Below are positions 14,734 to 26,700 of a DNA stretch of 64,000 nucleotides, one piece after another. The stretch comes from Lytechinus pictus (lineage: Eukaryota): positions 28,522,001-28,586,000 of the forward strand of contig NC_087251.1 in assembly GCF_037042905.1 (NCBI RefSeq), given 5' to 3'. The translations under genes were made by a program, and so were the position numbers. The notes beneath the pieces were generated by a model. It ran no database searches. It worked only from the letters and a program-made list of their open reading frames with translations, and had not been told where the DNA came from. Positions within the stretch are counted from its first letter, which is position 1. The number at the start of each line of letters is the position of its first letter.

Positions 14734-17700
14734 GTATTTATAATTGTAATTATCTTGCATATATTGTTTTTGACAGATTACAGATAAGCAATTATTATTA
14801 TTTTTTTTATTGAACGGGTCATTTGGGTACATTAGGACACAAGTATGTAAAATAACAATGTAATTGAATGCTAATTAAAGCATGTGAATGTTGTCGAATA
14901 CATAAGAGTGTCATACAGTATCATTCATTCAGAATTATTTGTATATTTACAATCACACTAAAAAAGGAATATATTCAACTGCAGCCTGTAATTGAAGACA
15001 ACAGGATGTATTAGACCACATGTATATGTGTCACATATTCATGTATGTAGTTAAATGATTGTTTATCACCAGCTGAGGTAATGCATAGTTATTAGACCAG
15101 AGGTATGCATAAACATTTTATCAATTTATTAAAAAATATAATATAGAATAATGATTACAAGATTACATGTAGATTCATAACCACAATACACTTTGAAAGT
15201 ATATGATTGCAAAGTTTTAATAGATTATTGATATTGAATTCAGACCATAGATAACCGACAATTTTTGTTCCATAACTGGAATATATCTAAAATGCCTTTT
15301 TTGAATATCCATGAAATGAACTGTCATTTGAATACTCTTTTGTTGTGATTTGAATTTTTTTAAAACTGATCAGTTATGACTTAAATTGTCAGAAGTTTGA
15401 CAGTGTAGGTGGTTATTGAGGTGAATTTACAGTTAAACTATGTGTTATGCCTGATTTGATAACGGTTGTTTGTATAAGACATGGTGCATGACCAGAGACA
15501 CTGTGAAGAGATTAATTCCAAAAGGACAGATGTCAACTTTTGATAAAAGAACATATTTTAATGTTCTTATTTAAGTAAATGTCAGTTAACAAGGTACATA
15601 AATGTATCTACATTTTGAGAGCAATTTTGTACAGTGCTCTTTAAGTTTCAGTTAATGTTTCCATACTGGCACGTCTACAAAATCTTGTATACATGTAACA
15701 AATTCCTTTTCTCTGAAGTATAAAAGAAGGATTTAGTTCCTTTGGAAATCCAATTCTTTGTATATTACTTCTTGTTCTAGTTCACTGCTTGGTGGTATTT
15801 GGATGACAAGGGTCATACAATTAATCATAAAATGTTTGTTTTTAATATCACCAAGCCAAAGAGGTAATATTATGACCAGGAAATAGCGATGTGTCAACAG
15901 CTAGTACTCCTAATGATATATATGTGGACTAACTTTCTGATCACTGTTCGAAACCTGATATATTATTCTTTATCTACGTCTATAATCAACGGTAAGAGAA
16001 AGAAATTTGAAATTTTATGCTGTTTAAGTGCTTATGGAAAGTTTTTATTTAAAGAAAAATTAACAACATGCCAATACTTTCAAGACATTCTGATATGTAT
16101 CAATCATTCCATATTTTAGGAAGCACAAAACACAAATTTTTTATATTTATAGAGAATACAGTATATAATATGATCAGATTGCTAATGAATTTAGTTATGC
16201 ACTTCATTTCAATTTATTTATATTTGTAAAAGTTTATTAGCACTGTATAATCCATGTATCTTTGAAGGAAAGTAAATCATTGTATTTTGATGTACAGATT
16301 ATTGGTTATAACTAGGCCTGTAAGTTAGGTGAAAGCTCAAGGAAATGCTATGACTAGCATATATTCATATGCCATGGTAGATATAGGTTGAAATAATTAA
16401 CATGTTGTTTGTGTGGTTGCTAGGATACACCGTTTGTCCATCACCTGCCAGCGAGGAGGAACCTTCAGCTTGATGTTCTGAATCACAATGATGAACTAGA
16501 GGGTGACCTGAAGACATCCCTGGATGCTCTCAATCAATGCTGGGCTAAGATGGAGTCTCAGGTAGGGGTTATACATGATTTATGAAGAAGTAAAACAAAT
16601 CATACAAAGTATAAATGATAATTATGATATCAACATCACTGATTCCTTGCCTCTACTGCCATCATGATATATGTGGCCGTCATCGTTATCACCACCACTA
16701 TCATCATTATCATATCATTACCATCATTATCATCATCATTCATCATCATCGTCGTCATCATCATCACCATCATCATCATCAACCTCATCATCATCAACCT
16801 CATCATCATCATCATTTTCATCATCATCATCATCATCATCAACATCATCATCATCATTATTCTTATCACCATTATTATCATCATCGCTGTCATCACCATC
16901 TTCATTATATCGACAAAAATTAAACTGAATTGCAGAATTTAAATTTGAAAGCCTATTTCTGTAAGTCTTTGCCCCTATTGTCAATTTGCTATATAACATC
17001 CATTTTAGACAAACTGCATACTGTTGATAATATAGATTTGGTCATACTTTCTGTGGTAATCTCAACTATCTTGCATTATTGTTAAAATGGCATATGATAT
17101 GTTTGTTTTTCTATTATTTGTCATCAATATGTATTCCTGTCCATTCAGGTTTGTGGTAAACACACCCACACAAGCTGCATACCTGAAAGTTGTTGTTTCC
17201 AAGAGTTATCTTCTTTTTTGTTTGCGTTGTGAATCATATGAGCAGTAATATAATTTGGGAGGGTCAGTGGTTTCATGCAAACATGAAGCCCAGTGATAAT
17301 ATTTGTAGGTTTATTATTGCCTACAAATTCATTTTTCACACTTTATCAATGTATTGCTAATTTTCTTGTCCCTTCATGTAAATTCACTTCACAAAATGTA
17401 TTATGAATAACTGAATCTCAGCACACCTTTGGAAGAAAAGAGGATATTATTTTATCAGATTATATTTATTATTATATTTAGGGGCTATAGAAAATTAGAA
17501 AATCTTATATTTCTGATTGTACATATGATTGATATATGATTTTCAATAAGAACATTTATTTTTTGTTTATTTTTACGTGAATAATTTAGGATAAATGCTC
17601 TGATATACTTTTCAGTTTTCAGCTGAAGTATTCACATGAAGCATCAATAATTATAAGCAGATATGTGTTATTTTCTCTAATATAAAAATGTTCATCAAGA

Positions 17701-20700
17701 TATATTACTAACTTTATATTAGAGCTCTACCAAATGTGATAAATGAAACTCTTTGTGCATGCACTGCATCAATTTATGTATTGTATTAGCACCTAGAACA
17801 ACAGATGAACTGTTACTATCTAGTGGCAACAACAGGCTCAGCTATTATCAAACCATTGATGTATTACAGTAAAATAAAACAAAATCATTCACAATATTCC
17901 ATTGTCTCTGCTCATCTTCCTCACACCCATATGGATACACCCGAACTCTTTCCATATGTGCTGAAGTGCTTTGTGATGAATGCCCATGTGGATGAATACA
18001 CGTTTCAGTATTGATTTTGTGATATGGAAGTCGCCAATCTATCCAATACCAGCATTTTTTAGTGATGGAAAAGGGAACCCTTGTTTGTGGTTTTTACTAT
18101 TTTTTCTGAGCTGGAGCTCATATGTTTTATGTAGGCCTACTGTAGGATTCCATTTATAATAATAGGAAACAGATTTGATTTTGTTGTAGATTTGTAGAGA
18201 GTAATCAATGTCCAATCAATTGTACTTGATCAATTTGAAAATTATTATTTTACTTTCATACCTGTAAAGCAGTATAGATTCATGGGGAAAAAGCTTTTAA
18301 AATATGCCACTGTCTTTTGACTGTATATATATGATTTGATTATAGTTTTAGAAGCTAGAATATCACAGAGATATAGCAAGAGAGCTAGAGGAATAGAGAA
18401 AAAAGAAAGGGATGGAGAAAGAATTTGTATTGTTATTGTCACAACAATAAACGTTTATTTCCTTGATTTGAAACAAACACATAGTTAATGAATTAAATTC
18501 TGTCATGATAAGTATATTCTCTCTCTGATACTGATAGTCATTTATAGGTACATTAACTTAACAGGGCTCGAAGGAAAGATAAAGGGAGTGGATTTTCATT
18601 GGTAAATTCACAATGTGCATCATTAGAAGTGACAGAATTGGATGGAGATAAATGGAAAGAAAACCAGGTTCATATTATACTAGTATCTGGACACAGATCT
18701 GCACTTTTCAGAAAGATATTATTTTTGTGCTAGTCTCCCATTTGAAACCCTTGAAATTTACCAATTTTCCTTTCCAACAAACTGCACCAGGTTATATAAA
18801 CCGCTGGTAATGAAGACTACAATAAACTGGTTGATTATAATTATTTGGGGAAATATAATGCTTTTCAGCTTGACTGAGATAGATTTGAAAAAGGGTTCAC
18901 CAAGTTCCTAATTTCACTGGGAGCATTACGTTTTCATCTGTCAGATATTGATTGTAAACTTTACTAGTTTGCAAGCTTAGATCATATAGAATCATTGGGC
19001 CTTGTTTTGATAAAGTAATTAAGAAACTTAATTGAATATTTGTGAAGGCCTTCAAATTGTTTGATTGATTTCTAGTTAGTATAGCAATTCAAGGAGCAGC
19101 CCAGGTGTCTAGTGAACAGTTTCAAACTTTCAGTGAACTGCAAGATTTGTAATTGATTTTATGAGCTAAACTTGAATTGCAATTGATTGCAAGTTCCTTG
19201 AAATGTTCCCATTGAAATAAAATGAACCTGAAAAGTCAGTTCAGTATTTGATACGCTATTTTGAAGAAAAAAATGCTCAATAAAAACAAAAAATATATTC
19301 TAACCCCTAAGCATGGAGACTAAGAGTTGAGTGTACTGTTGGTGAATGATAGAGTATATTGATGTTGAAGCCTGGAGGAGAGTCGTTGTAGGACCCTAGG
19401 AGCTCACAAATTACTACCTGATGGTGTCCCTAACATCTTGATTACGCCAACTGGATTAAGAGTGAAGGCTTTGGTTGAAGTCAGTGTTCACTTGCAAATC
19501 TTGCATTCATTTATATTCCAATTGGCATTCAAATCATTCAATGATGTCCAGAAGGAACGGGATATTCACTCATAATTTTTCCAATCAAACAATATTTCAG
19601 TGGTTATTCTTTATAAGTCAGAGTTTTGTCTCTTTGTGGGCCTAACTGAAAAGCTGAGTCAGTGTTTATTCTTCTAGCTTTTCGTTACTATATATGATAA
19701 TATATGATTTATTATTTCCCAAAGCGAATACACATTGTTTGTAAGCACTAAGGACTTAAACAAAATCTAAGTTAAAAAGTTGAATGTAACAAATAAACGT
19801 AAGTCAATGGAAAAGAAGAAGCAGTACTTTTGCATGCCAGCAAAGAAGTTGAAATATAAAATACCATGGAAATGAAATACGAATTGTAGAATAAACAAGA
19901 CACTATACATCTTACTAAATTCAAAATTTACTCTAAAAATTTGTGTTTATAGTGTATAGCAATATTATTTGTTAAACATTTGCTCAGATACTCTCCTCTG
20001 ATTCTTTTTTGATCCATTGAAAGAAATGAGATCTCATTCAGAAGTAGAAATCATCTGAGTTGACTGTCGGATATCATCCTGTAGAATACATACATGTCCC
20101 TCTATTCAGCTTACTGGTTTAATTCTATGTGTATTTTACCATCCATCATATGAGGCCCCTCAACCAACTCCCTTCCCAACCTCCGTATCTTTATTCTACT
20201 GAGCACTTCTCAGACTGGGACATCAGTATGCATTATGTATGGGCAGGAGCCAGGCTGCTGCTGCCACCGTCGCTAAAATTAGATTCGGACTGCAATTTGA
20301 GGAGAGGCAGAGGAGATGTTGTTCCTGCCTTGTGTTTCGAGAGCTTCTAACAAACATTCAAGGAAAAGGCTCAACTCAGGTGGAAAGCTGGGGAAGTTAA
20401 CCAGGAAAATAAGATTTGATTTATAGTTTATTTTTGATGTAGGTCTGTTTTAAATAGAGAAAATTTACAATTTACATTTGGTTTTAAAAAGAATATACTG
20501 TTTTTTCTGATGAAATATAAGAATACACTTTTTTCTGACAAAAAATAACTATAAGAAAGGGGAACATCTGATGAAAATACACCCAAAGTATTTTAATTTC
20601 TTATATAGAATGCCTTTTTAGAATGTATTAAACAATCTACTGAATCCTTGAAGCCATGGATTTTTCTTGTTGATTTGGTCCATTGTTTACAATTTGCATA

Positions 20701-23700
20701 ATGAATGGAGCAATTACAATCCCAAGGTGTACTTCAGAAAGGCATAAATAAGCATACAACTGCTGTAAATTGAAAAAATTCACATTATGAATACAAAAAG
20801 ATTCTAATCAGATGGTATAAAAATGTATATTATTTACATGTATGAATGTTTAAGGGACCCCTAAGAAGCAAAGCTTGTGAGTGAGGCCCTATACTAAATT
20901 GACTGATGCATTTTAAAAAGAGCCAATTCTGGCTATTGCTTAACAACTGATATAAAATGTGCACTTAGTCACAAGCAAATGTACGGCAAGCAGATGAGGT
21001 GGAAATCAGGAAATGAAGAGGGGATTCTAACCTATTATTCATGGTGTCTTCTTTACATGCTTCATTGAAGATGTCAGTCGATGATGGGAATATCCACGTG
21101 ATGGAATAAGAGCAAAGAAACAAAATTCTTAAGTATGGTACGGATTATTGCGTGCAGTGTCTCAATGCTCCCCTGGATCCCACTCCCTTTTTCATCTTTG
21201 GTTAAAAAACAAAAAAATGACAAAATACCAGGAATTCATGTAGTAAAAATCTCATATATAGGTGATGAAATTACTGATGATGATGATGATGATGATGGTG
21301 AAGATGATGGTGGTGATGATTATGGTGATGATGATGATGATGATGATGATTAAGATGATAATATGACAACCACAGCATGAAAATAGGTGTGAAATTGGAT
21401 AAAAATAGTCCACTTTTTCTCTCTTAATACTTCATGAATTATACTTTCCAAGGGTAATGTTATTGCAGGAATATTAGCCTTGCATTAAGTACCCATACAG
21501 TTCCTGAGGTGCCTTGATTTGCCCATTTGCAACTTAAATAGGATTGAGATGCTTAGCTAGAATGGCATGATCTAATTTTGTTTTAATCAGAGTAAGAGTG
21601 TTATGACAAGCCTTCGGCATTTATCGATTGACTTTCCTTTCTGCATTCAATAACACAATTATTGATGATAATAATGGAGTGCTTTGATTCGCATAGTTTG
21701 TTTAGACTCAAAGGGACTGAATTTCATAGTCACTTGGAATTTGCATTGTACATTGATCAGGAAGCTGTGTAAAATCTATGGATAATGATATTTGCAGTAA
21801 TCACACAAAGCAACTTATGCACATACGGAATTCTGCAAAATTTATGCCCCTCACCTGGGGCATCAGGCATTTTACATGTTAAACTCTGCAAGTTGTCCTG
21901 GTAATAGCCATTGTTCACTCTCTTGAAGGCACAGTTCAAAACATGAATCCAATACTCATTGGATGATTCAACATTCAGAATGAGAGGTATATAGGCCTAC
22001 TACAGAATAAAAGAAAGTTTGCAAAGTTTAAACTGTTGAAAATTTATATAAAGGACTTTGCAAGAAAGATTCTCGACACTGACAAACATTCACTCTCTGA
22101 CAGTTGCCATAGAAAAGGTCAGAGATCAGTTTCTCTCAGCTTATCACAACCAATGATTTTACTGATATTGTTGAGAGGCATAACATTAATTTATTTAGTC
22201 AGTGCTGGCAAATTTCATGAAAAGGTCCCCAGGAGAGTTTGCTAAATATGGAGCTGTTATTCTGTCATCTATCCGATGTTTACAGTATGAAATTATTGTT
22301 GTATTGCATCTACCTTCCCATGGAGTTAAATTGTACCTTCAGTTTAATTAAGTCATGCAAGACCAAGGCCTTGAATGCAAATATTTGCAATCAACTCTTT
22401 AAGGTTGACTGGAGCTTTTCTGCTTTTCAACTATTTTGCAATTTTTGAGAGGTTTTGCCTGTGTTTACTTTTCTAATCCGTTAAAATATCCACATCCAGT
22501 GCCAGCTTGACATCCTGTATTGGTACAATGTCAATAAGATCATAATAATAAATGTATTACACACAGAAGGAAAGACGGGAGGAGAGAGAGAGGTAGAGAA
22601 GGAGAGGGCAGCCATACCTTGCCAGATGAAAGCTGAAAGATTGTAGATGTGTTTTTTGAGATAGAGAGAGATAGAGAGATTAAATTAATGTTATAGGTGA
22701 AAAGACAAGAAATAAGAAAAAGGGGGAGAGAGTGATGAAAAGACAGAGGGAAATAGGAAGACACAGAAAGATGAAAAGGAGAGACATAGAAGGGGATATT
22801 GACTTGGGATATACAATCATATTCAATTGTACACAGCATAACAAATAGTTCTTGCCTTATAGTGTAAGCTTTGAACATGTGTGGGGAAGCATTCTAAATG
22901 TTATCATTATGATTAAGGGGGTTTATACTTAATAAGGATAATTCATGCCTTCCTCTAGGTTGTGGAAGTTTCAGACTGGCATTTTTTAACAGTTTATCTG
23001 GAAGCCAGTATCATTGATTGTTATTATGAATATTTCACTTTTGGTGTTTACAGTCTCTCAATGAACAGATGCAACATTATTCTATTTTAAAGTTTATCAA
23101 ACATAGCATTGCGATATATCAAGCAATGGTATCTACACTACAGGGGCTAATTATCATTATCGTTATCTCTGATTGTCCATGATTGTCTATGTTTTACTTC
23201 AGGAAAGAATGTTCTGTTTAATTCTATTCTTAAAGTTTTATCAGTGAGTAAATATGTCTAACTGTAATAGTCAATGTTTTGCATTCAGGTATCTTACCAG
23301 CAGTCTAGATTAGAGCAAGTCTCAGACCCGTTTCCAGGATGCCTTTAGGAATATCATCCCATTCTGCTTTTTTTAAAGTTTATCAGTCAGTAAACATCCC
23401 CGATTGTAATGATCTATGTTTCAGGTATCTGACCAGCAGTCTAGATTAGAGCAAGCGTATGAGTTTCAGACCTGTTACCAGGATGCCCTGCAAGCCGTAT
23501 CAGGATGGCTGGATGGCGTCCAACTCAAACTCTTCTCAGAAGACTGGAGTAAAGATACAGAAACTCAACTCACGGAACATGCTGTAAGATCATTATTTAC
23601 TTAAAGTCATTAAATTCTTTGCAGAAAATTTGTAATAGTTAGCTTCTTTAATGTTTGGCTTTGGTCAATCTTTAACATCTTAGCTAAATAATAGGATCAG

Positions 23701-26700
23701 GCGTATGATTCAAAATTTAAAAAAAAATCTGTTAAAAGAGAAACATTGTGATATGGTAATCTTCTTGGTCTATTTCACTTCATGAATACCCTGTAAGAAG
23801 AGATTAAATCTATGGTTAATGTACCAATCTGAAATCTATGTAACTTGTCATGAATTTTAGATTCATTATGAACTTTCTATAATTTGAGCAAGAAAGTCTA
23901 ATGATTTCTAATTGTCTTACATGTAGTAGTCATCATTGTTCTGATTGCAATAATCTTTGATTTGATCATTTAATTATCATTTGATCTTTTTCCTTACTAT
24001 TTTTATTCTCCAGGCACTACAAGAAGAGCTGAAAACTTTCCAGGACCAGTTAGAGCGCATGAACGAGGCTTGTCACCTTGTGCAGGCTGAAACTGGAGCC
24101 AGGAGTAAGCAGTTGATGCAACAGTCCCTTAACGATATCAATCAAAGACTCACCACCCTAGAGACAGAGGCTAGGCAAAGAGAACAACAGCTTGTAGAGA
24201 AGAACAGACAGTTCCAAGGCTTCCAGGTAAAGCTTTTTTATTTTCTTTCTCAAGATTTTGTTTAACTTTCTTTTTTCCCCATACCCAAAGACCCATAAGC
24301 TTACATTTAAGAATAATTATGTGGAGACAGTGGATTTTGCCCATCAACCTTTGAAAATATCCCTATGAGTAATCTGTTGGTCTGGAAACATTACAATTAC
24401 TGTAGAATTTGCCCCCCCCCCCCATGATTGGATGTGAAATCAAATGATGTTCTTCTCCATGTGCCTCTTGCTCCTCCTCCTCCTCCCCCTCCTCCTCCTC
24501 CTACCCCTCCTCCTTCTTCTCCTCCTCCCCCTCCTCCTCCCCCTCCTCCTCTTCCTCCTCTTCCTCCTCCCCTCCCCTTCCTCCTCCTCCCCCTCCTCTT
24601 CCTCCTCCTCCTCCTCCTCCTCCCCCTCCTCTTCCTCCTCCTCCCCCTCCTCCCCTCCTCCTCCCTCCCCCTTCTCCTCCTTCTCCTCCTCCTCATCCTA
24701 CTCCTCCTACTCCCCTCCTCCTCCTCCCCCCTCCTCCTCCTCCCCCTCCTTCTCCTCCTCCTCCCCCCTCCTCCTCCTCCCCCTCCTCCTCCCCCTCCTC
24801 CTCCCCCTCCCCCTCCCCCTCCTTCTCCTCATTCTCCTCCTCCTCCTCCTAGCCCTCCTCCTCCTCCCCCTCCTCCTCCTCCTCCTCCTCTTCCTCCTCC
24901 CCTCCCCTCCTCCTCCTCCCCCTCCTTCTCCTCCTCCTCCTCCTACCCCTCCTCCTCCCCCTCCTCCTCCCCCTCCTCCTCCTCCCCCTCCTTCTCCTCT
25001 TCTTCCTCCCCGCCCATTCCTCCAGCCCCTCCCCTTCCTCCTCCCCCTCCTCTTCCTCCTCTTCCTCCTCCCCCTCCCCCTCCTCCCCCTTCTCCTCCTC
25101 CTCATCCTCCTCCTCCTACTCCCCCCCCTCCTCCTCCCCCCTCCTCCTCCCCCCTCCTCCTCCCCCTCCTATCTCTGACTATCTTCTCTCTCTCTTTCTC
25201 TCTCTTCTTTCAAACAGACAAATAAATTGCTAATATTTTATATTGCATTACAAATTATGCAGAGAGCTCCAGCAATATGACTCGCTGCTCGTAAAACATT
25301 GCTGTTAGGAATTATAATGATGTCCACTTAGTTGAAGAAATGACTATTTACTTTGATATTTATATATTACAGAGAGACTTACAGAGCTTCCAGTTATGGC
25401 TAACCGGTGCTAAGGAACAACTGAACATCCCACCAAGCAATGTTAGTGGGGCTTCACTTGAAGATAATATCATTATCAACAAGGTAAATAAAACATTATA
25501 TACCATGTATTTTGTTAATAGATGATATGAATATTAAGGTAAATTAAAAAAACATTATTTACCACATACTTTGATACTAGGATATGATTTCAATATTAGC
25601 AAGATTATTATTTACCATGTATTTTCTTCTTATTTGGTTTAATGTATAATGTTTTTAAGTTTTGCATATAATTGTGAAAATACTGTGACACGTTTTTTGT
25701 AAATATGTAAACTATTTGGTCACTACTAAAGCGCAACTAAAGGGCTCAAATGAGTTATCCATGTAAGAAAAAATAAATGGAGCTTTGTTTTGTAAAGGCA
25801 TTAAAACTTGTTTTGCAAGGGAAACCAAATCAGTTTTAAGATTGCAATTTCTGCACAAGTTCAAACAAATCTCCAGCTCAATATTACCTGAATTTTAAAA
25901 GCGCAAGGTCAATCAGCATAACCTCTTTTAATGAATTATCTCTCATGTAACTGTAACTGCCTTCGTAAATAAACTTTTTGAAATGTGATTTGGCTGTAGA
26001 GACATTGCATAATTGTCACTCAGACAATGTTTTGGACATGGTTAACATTCCTCAGTAAACAGAGAAGATACACACTCAGTCATAAATGAAATCTGATGAC
26101 ACTGGTTGTAAGGTTGTAATGACAGTAGCTACATGTATTGGCGATAAGTCCATGTCTATACTCTCATTAACATTTCTTGTGATTAATCTCTGTACCTTCA
26201 CTCTCGTAGGAGGAAAGACTGAAGTTCCAGGTCAGGACCATTATTTCAGTTTCTTTGCTTCTCTTGCTGTCATTCCTTCTTGATAGATTTCTCTGTGCCT
26301 TTGATAGAAAAAGAAACACATTAGGCTTTTATGTAATTTACATGTATCAAGCAAACAAACTCCTGTCTGCATCGTTCTATGCAGTGCGCACATTTGAAGA
26401 ATTTGTTAAAAGTTTCAGTACAGAATTGTTTGCAAGGTGGCGGTCATCTGTCTCATACTTTTTTCTGTTATTTGTTTGAATGTCAATTTTCTATTTCTTA
26501 CAAGTTTTGTTATCAATCACTAATTCCTGATTTCATCTCCAAAGGGTCTTTTTTTTTCACCTGAAGATCTGGAGGTGGTCACAGTAACATAAACATGATT
26601 AATAATCCCAAATATATATCTTTGATTTGATTCAGTTGATGAATTCGAGTAGTGGTTCATTATCATGGGAAAATATATATGGGTCAGTCAGTGGCCATAT

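Noticed and set aside
15889..15991. Hydrophobic ORF ending at a strong donor ACG|gtaaga
   Set aside because: The donor is phase 1 while the next exon (16424) is phase 0; AT-rich composition explains the hydrophobicity.
16615..16999. His-rich and Asp-rich ORFs
   Set aside because: (CAT)n microsatellite.
24397..25225. Long poly-Pro/Leu/Ser/Arg/Gly ORFs (formin- or extensin-like)
   Set aside because: By-product of the (CCT)n tract; open in several frames on both strands; lies in an intron whose flanking exons join in frame.
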